Source of the DNA: Candidatus Borrarchaeum weybense
Lineage (GTDB): Archaea; Asgardarchaeota; Sifarchaeia; Borrarchaeales; Borrarchaeaceae
Assembly (NCBI GenBank): GCA_019057385.1
Contig: JAHQJS010000004.1
Coordinates: 598,408 to 662,407, forward strand
Length of the DNA: 64,000 nucleotides
Reading direction: 5' to 3'
Under the pieces are notes generated by a model that was not told where the DNA came from, ran no database searches, and saw only the letters and a list, made by a program, of their open reading frames with translations. Below are positions 1 through 10,651 of the stretch, in pieces; positions within the stretch are counted from its first letter, which is position 1; every line of letters begins with the position of its first letter. The position numbers were made by a program, and so were the translations under genes.

Positions 1-255
1 AACACAGACATTTTTATTGTGGATATTCGGATGCCATGTTTTTGTAAGCCATCTCACCTTTGGTGGTCTATACGGAAAGTTTCTTGGTAGTACAATTTCA
101 ATTTCAAAAACCCCTCCATCATAGAGCTCAGTGCCGAGAATAAAGCCTCTTAACTTACGAATATCGTTTTTTACTGGTGAGAAGGTTGGTTCTTCCCGCT
201 GTAGTAACTTAAGTTCATATACAAGTCTCGCCGCGAAGTCTTCATCAGAGAGCAC
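1..255 (-). CDS. Ubiquitin-conjugating enzyme E2 (UBC fold), 3' end runs off the window
   Basis: Manual translation from GTG at 255: MLSDEDFAARLVYELKLL...LYDGGVFEIEIVLPRNFPYRPPKVRWLTKTWHPNIHNKNVCV. Contains the E2 motifs YxGGxF, FPxxPP and HPN, and a Cys at the catalytic position (nt 4-6). Not in the ORF track. Confidence 0.9.
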   Translation of the reverse strand, partial: MLSDEDFAARLVYELKLLQREEPTFSPVKNDIRKLRGFILGTELYDGGVFEIEIVLPRNFPYRPPKVRWLTKTWHPNIHNKNVCV

Positions 256-509
256 TTTAATTCTACCTTCAAGATCTTATATAAGAAATCGCTGATAACT
301 AATTGAAATGTCTTTCCATGTTCTATCAGCTATGAATGATTCGTGAACAAAACTATTTATTAGACTTAAGTTCAGGTAGTAATTTGTTACCAAACAAATG
401 AAGCCTAAAGAAGTTTTCTGTGTTCACCAAAAAATTTATACTATTTCTAGTGGTGTTGTTGATTGCCAGAATTACAAATTCTGTAACTGAAGTTTATGGT
501 GCCAACATA

Positions 510-1181
510 TTGAAAATCTTAGTTGTTGAAAATTCTATCATGGGTAGGAAACAATATGAATGGCTAGGTGATCTAATTCCAAATTACCGTGAGTCTATGG
601 ATGTATGGATTAGTTACAATTGCGAACCTCCTAAAACAATTAATCAATATGACCGTCTTATTTTGCTAGGTTCGGAAGCTTCAATTTTAGATGAACATGA
701 ATGGCTTAAACCAGAAATGGATATCATTCAAAACTCAATTGAGCATGGGATCCCGCTTCTAGGAATCTGCTTTGGTCATCAACTGATTGTTCATACAGTA
801 CTTGGTCGTGAATGTGTTAAAAGAAGGTCTAAACCTGAATTAGGATGGCCCGAAATTCGAATTTTAAAAAAGAATAAGCTTTTTCAAGGTATCTCCAGTC
901 GTTTTTTTTCATATTCTTTCCACTTTGACGAAGTAATCAAGTCATTCGCTCTAGAAATATTAGCAAATTCCAATGAATGTAAAATACAGGCCTATAAATT
1001 GAAGAACAAAGATGTGTGGGGTATTCAGTTTCATCCAGAGATTAATATTGAAACTGGTGCACAAATCCTTCGCGAAACTGCATCTAGTTTTAGATGGAAT
1101 AATATTGAAGAGATAATCAAAAAAGCAAATGATTCCAATATCGGATCACAGTTGCTTCTCAACTTTTTAAACGAACTTTAG
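510..1181 (+). CDS. Class I glutamine amidotransferase (GMP-synthase-like)
   Basis: GICFGHQ nucleophile motif and QFHPE His-Glu motif; start probably TTG at 510 rather than 420. Confidence 0.85.
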   Translation: MKILVVENSIMGRKQYEWLGDLIPNYRESMDVWISYNCEPPKTINQYDRLILLGSEASILDEHEWLKPEMDIIQNSIEHGIPLLGICFGHQLIVHTVLGRECVKRRSKPELGWPEIRILKKNKLFQGISSRFFSYSFHFDEVIKSFALEILANSNECKIQAYKLKNKDVWGIQFHPEINIETGAQILRETASSFRWNNIEEIIKKANDSNIGSQLLLNFLNEL

Positions 1182-1699
1182 TTTTTATTTACGTCTTTAA
1201 TTACATGAAAGTGCGCTTTCATGCCATTCATTACAGGAATTTTATATATTAATTCTATGACATGATCACAGGATAGTTTTTGAACGCGCATTTGAAATTT
1301 CTTGTCTAGTTTCTATTTCGAATTTTATTATGGATTCTACCAACTTGTTGTGCTATTTAGTAAGCAAGTCAGATTAAGGCTGTCGACTGCTGAATCTTGA
1401 TATCCGAAAAATTCTGACATTCGAAGAAATCGGAAGCGTGATGGCCATTGCTCACAACTTAATAAATACAATGATAAGGTGACATGTTCGCGATAAATTT
1501 TATTATTTGATGAAAATTTTGCCATTATATTAATGTAAATTATTTTCTCCCCCTAAATGATGATTCTTATTTGAGAAAAAATTCAAATACATGAAAATAC
1601 AATTTCTTTTAGAGAATGTTGATAATTTTCAAGAATGAAGGTAAATGTACACGAGGTATCGACTATAAGAAACTACCTTTGTGAACTATATCCTACTCC

Positions 1700-4432
1700 A
1701 TGTCTCGGATTTTATGGATGCTGTTGTATATGACTGATATAAACCATAACGTCACGGAACGTGAGAAAATGAAGGAAATCTTGCGCGAGAGTGAAAAAAA
1801 ATACCATTCTGTGTACGATTCAATGAATGAAGGAGTTGCGCTCCATCAGATTATTTATGATGAACAGGGGGAGACGGTAGACTATACAATCATAGATGTT
1901 AACCCCGCTTATGAATCGATTACCGGTTTGAAGAGAGAAAAGGCAGTAGGGAGTAGAGCATCAGAATTATATGGAATAGGCAATTCTCCTTACCTCGACA
2001 TATATGCAAAAGTGGCTGCTACGGGACAACCAACGTCATTCGAGACCTATTTCCCACCAATAGACAAGCACTTCAGCATCTCCGTTTTTTCACTAAGCAA
2101 AGGCCAGTTTGCCACGGTGTTCACTGATATCACAGCCCACAAAAAAGCAGAGAAGGCACTCATTTCTGAAAAAGAACGCCTTGCAGTCACGTTGCGTAGT
2201 ATTGGTGATGGCGTAATCGCCACCGACACCGAGGGAAAGATAGTCTTAATCAATAAAGTCGCTGAAAAATTAACTGGATGGCCTCAGAAGGAGGCCTTTG
2301 GCAAACCTCTTGGTGAGGTTTTTCGTATCATTAATGAGAAAACTAGTACGCCCTGTGAAAATCCTGTGGAGAATGTACTAAAAACTGGTGTTACAGTCGG
2401 TCTTGCCAACGATACAGTACTTGTATCTAGAGATGGTAAGGAGCGCATTTTAGCAGACAGTGGAGCGCCTATTCGTGATGGAGACGACAAAATTATTGGT
2501 GTTGTTCTTGTATTCAGAGACATCACCAAGCGCAAGCAAACGGAGAAACAACTGAAATACTATACTGAAAATCTGGAAAAGCTTGTTGAGGAACGGACAG
2601 ATGCCTTAAGTGAATCGGAAGAAAAACTTAAGGTAATACTATCGGGAATCGGAGATTTCGTCACTATTCAAAATAAGAATTTAGACATTATCTGGGCAAA
2701 TCAATCAATAAAGGATATCTGGGGAGATGTTATCGGAAAGAAGTGTTACGAAGTATATAAAGGGTTAACTGTACCCTGTCCTGACTGTTACGTCGAAAAG
2801 GTGTTTAATGAAGGAAAAACAGTCGTTTCGGAACGAGTTGACATAGGTCCGGATGGAAAACATATTCACCTTTTGATCTCCAGTTCTCCGATGCGAGATG
2901 TTGAGGGGAACATCGTAGGTGTTGTGGAAGTGGTTAAGGACATCACGAAACGAAAAAATGCAGAGGAGGCCCTAAAGGAGTCGGAGGAACGCTATCGTGG
3001 GCTGTATGAATCCTCAATTGATGGTATTGCCTCTTTGGATCTGAAGGGACATATTGTAGAATGCAATCAGGCCTTTGCAGAAATGCTCGGCTATACAAAA
3101 GAAGAACTGTACAACCTTACCACTTTTGACCTGACGCCTAGTAAATGGCTCGATACGAATAAAAGGTTCCATAAACAGTTACTTACGACAAATTATTCGA
3201 AAGAGCTAGAAAAAGAATACTACAAGAAAGATGGATCCATTATCCATGTCTCCATAAAAGGATGGCCCATAAGAGAAAAAGAGGGCAAGCCGATTGGTAT
3301 GTGGGGCATTATTCGCGACATCACAGAACGTAAGCAGGCTGAGAAAAAAATAAATGAATCAGAAAAAAAGTACTCAACTATCGTAGAAAAAGGAAACGAC
3401 GGAATAATTATTATTCAGGACGGCTTACTGAAATTTGCAAATTCAAAGATGGTAGAAACTACGGGTTTTTCGTTGGAGGATGCAATTGAGAAGCCGTTTA
3501 TTAATTTTATTGCTCCAGAATATAAAGAATTAGTGCTAGATAGATACAAAAAGAGACTCTCTGGAAAGGAGGTGTCAAACAAATACGAAATAGAACTTTT
3601 TTCAAGAGATGGCAGAAAGATACCTATTGAAACAAGTGCCAGTGTGATTGAATACGAAGGTCGTCCTGCAGATATAGCTATACTCCGTGACATCACCGAG
3701 CGCAGGGAGGCTGAAGAAAAGTTAAAACAAACCTTAGAGGAGTTATCACGTTCCAATTCGGAACTAGAGAAATTCGCCTATATCACTTCTCATGACCTAC
3801 AGGAGCCACTACGCATGGTTGCGAGTTTTTTACAATTGCTGGAGCACCGATATAAAGATAAACTCGACGAAGACGCAAATGAGTTCATTGCCTTTGCCGT
3901 AGATGGAGCAAACCGTTTAAAGGGGATGATTAAGGATCTGCTGACGTATTCACGTGTGGGGACGCGCGGTAAGTCCTTCGAACTATTTGACAGCAAAGAG
4001 GCACTTGATTTGGCACTGATCAATCTCAAGATGGCGATTGAAGAGAGTAATGCAGTGATAACCAATGATCTTCTGCCGAATATAATGGCAGATCGTTCAC
4101 AATTGATTCAGCTATTTCAAAATTTAATCGGGAATGCTATTAAATTTCGAGGTAAGGCGCTGCCAAGAGTTCATGTCTCTGCACGACAAGAAGGCAGCGA
4201 TTGGATATTTTCTGTACGCGATAATGGAATTGGCGTAGATCCTAAATATTTCAATAGGATATTCGATGTTTTCCAGCGATTGCACAGCAGAGATGAGTAT
4301 CCAGGTTCTGGTATTGGGTTATCGATATGTAAAAAGATTGTAGAGCGCCATAATGGGCGAATTTGGGTGGAATCACAGCCCGAAAATGGTTCAACGTTTT
4401 TTTTTACAATCCCCTTTAGACATGCTGTTTAA
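1700..4432 (+). CDS. Multi-PAS cytoplasmic histidine kinase (phytochrome-type HisKA/HATPase)
   Basis: About five PAS/PAC repeats, H-box SHDLQEPLR, N-box NAIKF, DNGIG, GSGIGL; no obvious TM segment. Confidence 0.92.
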   Translation: MSRILWMLLYMTDINHNVTEREKMKEILRESEKKYHSVYDSMNEGVALHQIIYDEQGETVDYTIIDVNPAYESITGLKREKAVGSRASELYGIGNSPYLDIYAKVAATGQPTSFETYFPPIDKHFSISVFSLSKGQFATVFTDITAHKKAEKALISEKERLAVTLRSIGDGVIATDTEGKIVLINKVAEKLTGWPQKEAFGKPLGEVFRIINEKTSTPCENPVENVLKTGVTVGLANDTVLVSRDGKERILADSGAPIRDGDDKIIGVVLVFRDITKRKQTEKQLKYYTENLEKLVEERTDALSESEEKLKVILSGIGDFVTIQNKNLDIIWANQSIKDIWGDVIGKKCYEVYKGLTVPCPDCYVEKVFNEGKTVVSERVDIGPDGKHIHLLISSSPMRDVEGNIVGVVEVVKDITKRKNAEEALKESEERYRGLYESSIDGIASLDLKGHIVECNQAFAEMLGYTKEELYNLTTFDLTPSKWLDTNKRFHKQLLTTNYSKELEKEYYKKDGSIIHVSIKGWPIREKEGKPIGMWGIIRDITERKQAEKKINESEKKYSTIVEKGNDGIIIIQDGLLKFANSKMVETTGFSLEDAIEKPFINFIAPEYKELVLDRYKKRLSGKEVSNKYEIELFSRDGRKIPIETSASVIEYEGRPADIAILRDITERREAEEKLKQTLEELSRSNSELEKFAYITSHDLQEPLRMVASFLQLLEHRYKDKLDEDANEFIAFAVDGANRLKGMIKDLLTYSRVGTRGKSFELFDSKEALDLALINLKMAIEESNAVITNDLLPNIMADRSQLIQLFQNLIGNAIKFRGKALPRVHVSARQEGSDWIFSVRDNGIGVDPKYFNRIFDVFQRLHSRDEYPGSGIGLSICKKIVERHNGRIWVESQPENGSTFFFTIPFRHAV

Positions 4433-5056
4433 CTTAATGATGCGGAAAACACTCAAATCTGATTGAAAGATAAATTCGTTGGAAATTCTTTTTGGAACTA
4501 TTTGCAAATAAAGAAATAATAATAATAAGGAAGATGCCAAACCGTGACTTTAACGAGTTCAATCATGTGTTCCGACCTCTAGATTGTGATAACAAATTTT
4601 TGTGTTTCTTTTAGAAATAAATAATACTCGCCAAAAATATCCAATATCTTATATCAGAACAAATTGCAATGCAAATTGGATCTAGACATCTCCAAGGCTC
4701 TTAAAAAATAGAACCTTAATGCAAACTTCAACCGATTCATAGTTTTCAAATTTGACTTTTCTAAATGAAATACTTGTTGTTTGACATGCGGAGAATTTAC
4801 TGGAAACACTTAAATGAAAAGCTAATGGTTCTCTAAGTAACACACAGTTCTGAAAAACTTAAGAAAAAGATTATAAAAGAACTAAAAAATAAAAATATCG
4901 CGGATTTAATTATAAAATATTGTGAATATCACAATCTCTATTGAAAAAATTGTAGTTTTTTGGAACTTTATTCTTATCTATCCACATATTCAATGTGTGA
5001 TATAATCCCTGTTCAAACACTCGAATGAGCTATACTTTAACGGAGTTCATCCAAAA

Positions 5057-6991
5057 ATGGATAAATATCGTGATCTCTCAACTCTTAAGGACCTTGACGA
5101 CTATTTTTTTAAAAAATTACAATTTGATTCTATGCAAAAAGGAGTATTAAATGCACTACCTTACATGGTAAGAATTATTGATAAAAGCTTAAATATTGTC
5201 TGGGCAAACAAAATATCGATAGAAAGGTGTGGTAACACTATCGGAAAAAAATGGAATGCCGTTTATGAAAATTGCGATGAGGATTATCCAGATTGTGTGA
5301 TAAGACAAATCTTCGCTAAGGGAGAAAAATTTGAGACAGAAAACTCGATTATTTTCACAAATCATACGAGGAGAGATTTTTTAATAAGCCATTCTCCTCT
5401 CAAAGACTTGAATGGAAAAGTCATCGCTGTTATAGAATCCTTAAAAGACATTACAAAGCGAAAACAAGTTGAGAAAGAAATAATGGAATCACAAAGAAAA
5501 TACTCAACCATTGTAGAACGAGGAAACGATGGAATTGTTCTTATTCAAGATGGCTTACTAAAATTTGCAAATTTGAAGTTTATTGAAATTACGGGGTTTT
5601 CTTTGCATAGCTTATTCGGAAAGCCGTTTATGGATTTTTTTTCTACTGAATATAAAGAATTATTCGTAGAAATCAATTTAGAGACTTCAGATCAAAACGA
5701 GAATGAAAATATATTCGAAGCAGAAATCATTCCCGAAGATGGAAGTAAGATATCCGTTGAAATAAATTCAAAGAAGTTTAAATACGAAGGGAGAACCGCG
5801 TATGTTTCCATAATCCGTGATATCACTAAGCGCAAACTCGCTGAAGAAAAATTAAAAGATTATACAGAAAATCTCGAAAATAAGATTAAAGAACGAACAA
5901 AGGCCTTAAGAGAATCTGAAAAAAAATACTCGACTATAGTTGAAAGAGGTAACGATGGAATAGTCATTATTCAGGATGATGTATTAAAATTTGCAAATTC
6001 AAAAATAGTTGAATTCACTGGCTTTTCATTAAAGGAAGCAATTGGACAGCCATTCATTAATTTTATTTCCCCAGAATATAGAGAACTAATATTAGATAGA
6101 TATAAAAAAAAGTTGTCTGGAGAGAATGTTCAAAACAAGTATGAAGTAAAGATTCTTTCCAAAGATGGAAGAGAGATACCTGTTGAAATAAATGCCAGTA
6201 TAATTGAATACAAAGGATATCCTGCAGATATGGCTTTAATTCGTGACATTACGGAAAGAAAGCTGACCGATGAAAAACTAAATCAAACGTTAGTAAATCT
6301 GGAACGTTCTAATACTGAACTTGAGCAATTTGCATATATAGCCTGTCATGATCTGCAAGAGCCGTTACGTATGGTTGCGAGTTTTTTACAGCTGCTGGAG
6401 CGACGATATTGGGATAAGATAGATGAAGCTGCTACTGAATTTATTTCATATGCCGTAGACGGGGCAACTCGTATGCAGCAAATGATCAATGATTTGTTAG
6501 CATTTTCACGCGTGGGGACACGTGGAAAACCATTTGAGAACGTAAACAGTAAGAATGTTTTAGATTTGGCAATTGCAAATCTTGCATTATTAATTGAAGA
6601 AAATGATGCGATAATAACTCAAAGTTCTCTGCCGATCGTATACGCAGATCCCTTACAATTAACCCAGGTATTTCAGAATCTAATAGTAAATGGAATCAAA
6701 TTCCGAAGAGCTGATCCACCGAGGATTCATGTTTCATCAGAAAGAAAAGGCGAGTGGGTTTTTTCTGTAAAAGATAATGGCATAGGTATAGACTCAAAGC
6801 ATTTTAATCGCATTTTCTCGATCTTTCAACGTTTAAATACAAAGGGAAAATATCCAGGTTCAGGTATTGGTCTATCAATATGTAAGAAGATTGTAGAACG
6901 TCATGGGGGAAGAATACGGGTCGAATCAAAGCTTGGAAGGGGCTCAACATTTTTTTTTACGATCCCGATGATAGAAGGTGAAATCTTATGA
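5057..6991 (+). CDS. PAS histidine kinase
   Basis: PAS repeats, H-box CHDLQEPLR, DNGIG, GSGIGL. Confidence 0.92.
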   Translation: MDKYRDLSTLKDLDDYFFKKLQFDSMQKGVLNALPYMVRIIDKSLNIVWANKISIERCGNTIGKKWNAVYENCDEDYPDCVIRQIFAKGEKFETENSIIFTNHTRRDFLISHSPLKDLNGKVIAVIESLKDITKRKQVEKEIMESQRKYSTIVERGNDGIVLIQDGLLKFANLKFIEITGFSLHSLFGKPFMDFFSTEYKELFVEINLETSDQNENENIFEAEIIPEDGSKISVEINSKKFKYEGRTAYVSIIRDITKRKLAEEKLKDYTENLENKIKERTKALRESEKKYSTIVERGNDGIVIIQDDVLKFANSKIVEFTGFSLKEAIGQPFINFISPEYRELILDRYKKKLSGENVQNKYEVKILSKDGREIPVEINASIIEYKGYPADMALIRDITERKLTDEKLNQTLVNLERSNTELEQFAYIACHDLQEPLRMVASFLQLLERRYWDKIDEAATEFISYAVDGATRMQQMINDLLAFSRVGTRGKPFENVNSKNVLDLAIANLALLIEENDAIITQSSLPIVYADPLQLTQVFQNLIVNGIKFRRADPPRIHVSSERKGEWVFSVKDNGIGIDSKHFNRIFSIFQRLNTKGKYPGSGIGLSICKKIVERHGGRIRVESKLGRGSTFFFTIPMIEGEIL

Positions 6992-7443
6992 ATCAGCACA
7001 AGAGTAGAAATTCCATTGATATCCTGCTTGTCGAGGATAATCCTGGCGATGTGCGTCTGACCATAGAAAGCCTTAAAGAAGCAAAACTACTAAATAAACT
7101 TCACATTAGTTCTGATGGCGAGGAAGCTATGGCATTCCTACGCCGTGAAAGAGAATTCAAAGATGCACCACGTCCAGATCTTATCCTACTTGACCTTAAT
7201 CTGCCTAGGAAGGATGGACGTGAGGTTTTGGCGGAAATCAAAGAAGATTCAGATTTAAAACAAATACCCGTCGTTATCCTTACCACTTCAAACTCATGTG
7301 AGGACATTCAAGAAACATACAATAGCTATGCAAACTGCTATATTAAGAAGCCAGTTGTACTTGATGAGTTTATCAAAGTAGTGATGTCCATTGAAAACTT
7401 CTGGCTATGTATTGTACAACTCCCACCAAAAGTCTTTAGGTGA
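6988..7443 (+). CDS. Single-domain response regulator, Rcp1-like
   Basis: LLVEDNPGD, PDLILLDLNLP, C-terminal FW; ATGA overlap with the upstream kinase. Confidence 0.92.
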   Translation: MNQHKSRNSIDILLVEDNPGDVRLTIESLKEAKLLNKLHISSDGEEAMAFLRREREFKDAPRPDLILLDLNLPRKDGREVLAEIKEDSDLKQIPVVILTTSNSCEDIQETYNSYANCYIKKPVVLDEFIKVVMSIENFWLCIVQLPPKVFR

Positions 7444-7448
7444 TTTAA

Positions 7449-7886
7449 TTGGCACGTAATCTATTTAAGGTCTTATTGATCGAAGATAATCCTGGAGATG
7501 TGCGATTAATACAAGAAGAACTCACAGATATAGAGGCAATTACTCTTCATAACATAAATTTCGAATTAACAAAAGCTAATCAACTCTCAAAAGGTTTGAA
7601 ATGTCTTCATGATCAAAAGATTGACCTAATCTTATTGGATCTAATGTTACCGGACAGTCTAGGGATTGATACTTTCATGGAAGTGCATTTGTATGCTCAA
7701 AAAGTTCCGATCATTGTCTTAACGGGAATTAACGATGAAAAATTGGCAATTAAAGCAGTTAATGAGGGTGCGCAAGACTATATCGTCAAAGGAAAAATGG
7801 ATACGCAATTATTGATGCAATCTATAATTCGTGCGATCGGGAAACATCGAGTGTCATCGAAATTGAAAAAATCATCATATTATTGA
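7449..7886 (+). CDS. Stand-alone receiver (REC) domain, truncated paralog of the N-terminus of 10632..12200
   Basis: LLIEDNPGD, LLDLMLPDS, GAQDYIVK; collinear with the REC of the hybrid kinase. Confidence 0.85.
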   Translation: MARNLFKVLLIEDNPGDVRLIQEELTDIEAITLHNINFELTKANQLSKGLKCLHDQKIDLILLDLMLPDSLGIDTFMEVHLYAQKVPIIVLTGINDEKLAIKAVNEGAQDYIVKGKMDTQLLMQSIIRAIGKHRVSSKLKKSSYY

Positions 7887-8225
7887 CGATAGAAATTACA
7901 GATTACTTTGGAGCAGTCTTCGATAATAATTTTTTAGTGTTTATGGTATATTATAACTTCTGTTGTATTTTGAGAAATTCGCAAAAATTGATATTATTGA
8001 TGATATCTTATACTTTAAAATCTTATCAACTTGCGGAATATTATGTGAGAATCTTTATATTATTTTAATAATTAGTATATTAATTAAGGAATTCTTATTA
8101 AAGAATATTTATTATTGAGAATGTCGTAAAAATTATAAAACTGATTCCAATTTCTAAAAGAAGCATGTCTAATGAGTCCCTCACAAGTCAGATATTATAT
8201 GCTATATCCAAGCGACGGATGAAAA

Positions 8226-10184
8226 ATGCTCTCTCGACGAGATCAATTACAAAACAATGGAGCCTATGACATGATAGACCAAAACCAAGATATCTCAAAA
8301 CTTGAGATCGTTGAAGACAAACTTACGAAAGTCTTTCGATCGAAGGTTATGTATGAACACATATTAAACGGAGTAACTCATTTGATCATTATAATTGATG
8401 ACACTCTTAATCTTATCTGGGCAAACAAAGCAGCAGTGGAAAAGTGTGGCGATATTATCGGAAAAAAGAGCTACAAAGTATATAATAGTCTCGATTCAGA
8501 GTGTCCCGATGGTATTGTGAGACAAGTACTTGAAGATGAAGAAGTATTTGAATTAGAGCGTTCAATTACATTTCCGAACGGTACACAGGGAGATTTTATT
8601 ATCACTAGTTCTCCCCTCAAAGATTTAACTGGAAATGCTGTCGCGGTTCTACAAATATTCACAGATATTAGTGAACGTAAACAGGCTGAAGAGAATTTAA
8701 AAAAGAGTGAATTGCATTTTCGTACACTCATCGATAATATCTCAGAAATTATTACTGTATTGGACTCTAAGGGAGAAATCAGTTATCAAAGTTCGTCGAT
8801 TGAACTAGTTCTTGGTTACTCAATTGAAAAAATCCTCGAAAAATCTTTTTTTGACTTTGTACATCCCGATGATCTTCCATTGATACTTAAGGTTTTCCAA
8901 GATATTATCAAAAAGCCAGGAGCATCTCGTACTCTTAAATATCGTTTTCATCATAAGAATGGCTCGTGGCGTGTTCTTGAAAGTACTGGGAGAACGTTTA
9001 TTGACGATTCAGGTTCAATAAGTGTCATTTTAACTTCTCGCGATATAACTGAGAGAATGCACGCTGAAAAAGCTCTGATAAAGGCTCAAGAAGAATCGGC
9101 TGTTGCCAAGACGGCCAAACAAACAATTGGTTGTATGATGGATCCTGTTATCATTACTGATCTTCATGGAAAGATAACTCAATTTAATAATGCTTTTACA
9201 AATTTGTTAGGTTATGAATCAGAGATGATAGGTGAGTCTCCTACAAAAATTATTGTTGAAAAGGATGCTTTAAAGATTCAAGAGGCAATAAAAGAATGTC
9301 TTAAGACGGGATTTTTAAACAATTTCGAATGCACAACATTAAGTAAGTATGGAAAAAAAATCCCGGTTTTATTCAATATTACAGTGTTGAAGAACTCGAC
9401 GAATAAATCCATAGGTTTGATTTTTGATGCAAGAGATATTACTGAACAGAAAAAAGCAGAACAAAAATTGCAACTAACTTTAAACGATCTAGCTCGTTCT
9501 AATGCAGAACTGGAACAATTCGCCTATATTGCATCTCACGATCTGCAGGAACCACTACGCATGGTGGCAAGCTTTTTACAATTACTGGAGCGTCGCTATA
9601 AGGATAAGATCGACGACAACGCAAATGAGTTCATTGCCTATGCCGTAGATGGGGCAACTCGTATGCAGCAAATGATCAATGATCTGTTAAAATATTCCCG
9701 CGTCGGAACACGGGGTAACCCCCTCGAAAAAACTGATAGCAAGGCTGCCCTTGACTTGGCAATTGCAAATCTCACCGTAGCAATTAGAGAAAATAATGCA
9801 CTGATAACCAATGATCCTCTGCCGATTATTATGGCAGATTCATCTCAATTAATTCAAGTATTTCAGAATCTAATTGAAAATGCCATTAAATTCCGGAGAG
9901 ATGTACCACCAAAGATCCATATTTCTGCTGAACGTAAAAAAAACGAATGGATATTCTCTGTAAAAGATAATGGCATAGGTATAGACTCGAAACATTTCGA
10001 TCGCATTTTCTTAATCTTTCAAAGCCTACATAATAAGATTTCGTATCCAGGTTCGGGTATTGGTCTCTCGATCTGTAAAAAAATTGTTGAACGCCATGGA
10101 GGAAAAATATGGGTGGAATCACAGCATGGAAAGGGCTCAACATTTTATTTTTCAATTCCAGTCACAGGAGGAAAAAACTCATGA
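8226..10184 (+). CDS. PAS histidine kinase
   Basis: Three PAS domains, SHDLQEPLR, DNGIG, GSGIGL. Confidence 0.92.
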   Translation: MLSRRDQLQNNGAYDMIDQNQDISKLEIVEDKLTKVFRSKVMYEHILNGVTHLIIIIDDTLNLIWANKAAVEKCGDIIGKKSYKVYNSLDSECPDGIVRQVLEDEEVFELERSITFPNGTQGDFIITSSPLKDLTGNAVAVLQIFTDISERKQAEENLKKSELHFRTLIDNISEIITVLDSKGEISYQSSSIELVLGYSIEKILEKSFFDFVHPDDLPLILKVFQDIIKKPGASRTLKYRFHHKNGSWRVLESTGRTFIDDSGSISVILTSRDITERMHAEKALIKAQEESAVAKTAKQTIGCMMDPVIITDLHGKITQFNNAFTNLLGYESEMIGESPTKIIVEKDALKIQEAIKECLKTGFLNNFECTTLSKYGKKIPVLFNITVLKNSTNKSIGLIFDARDITEQKKAEQKLQLTLNDLARSNAELEQFAYIASHDLQEPLRMVASFLQLLERRYKDKIDDNANEFIAYAVDGATRMQQMINDLLKYSRVGTRGNPLEKTDSKAALDLAIANLTVAIRENNALITNDPLPIIMADSSQLIQVFQNLIENAIKFRRDVPPKIHISAERKKNEWIFSVKDNGIGIDSKHFDRIFLIFQSLHNKISYPGSGIGLSICKKIVERHGGKIWVESQHGKGSTFYFSIPVTGGKNS

Positions 10185-10651
10185 CTATACAAATAAGCCA
10201 AAAACCTCTTGAGATTTTATTAATTGAGGATAATCCTGGTGATGTTCGTCTGACGGTAGAAGGTTTTAGAGAAACCAAAGCATTTAATAAACTCAACGTA
10301 GCCTATGATGGCGAGGAAGCTATGGCTTTTCTACGACGAGAAGGTAAGTTTAAAAAAGCACCTCGTCCAGACCTCATTTTACTCGATCTTAATTTACCTA
10401 AGAAAGACGGTCGTGAGGTATTAGAAGAAATTAAAGATGATAGAGACCTGAAATGTATCCCCGTAGTGATCTTAACGACCTCTCATTCTATTGATGATAT
10501 TGAAGAGACGTATTCTAATCATGCTAATTGCTATATCACAAAACCAGTTGATCTGAATCAATTTGTCAAAGTAGTAAAATCCATTGATGACTTTTGGTTG
10601 AACATTGTGAAATTGCCGAATAAGGAGACTGGTGATTATAATGGAGGGTAA
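10181..10651 (+). CDS. Single-domain response regulator, Rcp1-like
   Basis: Paralog of 6988..7443; ATG at 10181 overlaps the kinase stop and follows GGAGG. Confidence 0.9.
   Translation: MTIQISQKPLEILLIEDNPGDVRLTVEGFRETKAFNKLNVAYDGEEAMAFLRREGKFKKAPRPDLILLDLNLPKKDGREVLEEIKDDRDLKCIPVVILTTSHSIDDIEETYSNHANCYITKPVDLNQFVKVVKSIDDFWLNIVKLPNKETGDYNGG

Noticed and set aside
4919-4935. Palindrome ATTGTGA-ATA-TCACAAT (and GTGATATCAC at 17396-17405) as a shared operator
   Set aside because: Spacing differs between the two sites and such AT-rich palindromes arise by chance; insufficient support.
1337-8068. Short ORFs 1337..1525 and 7883..8068, and the many antisense ORFs nested in long genes throughout the window
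   Set aside because: No recognisable motifs; they are shadows of real genes or AT-rich intergenic noise.
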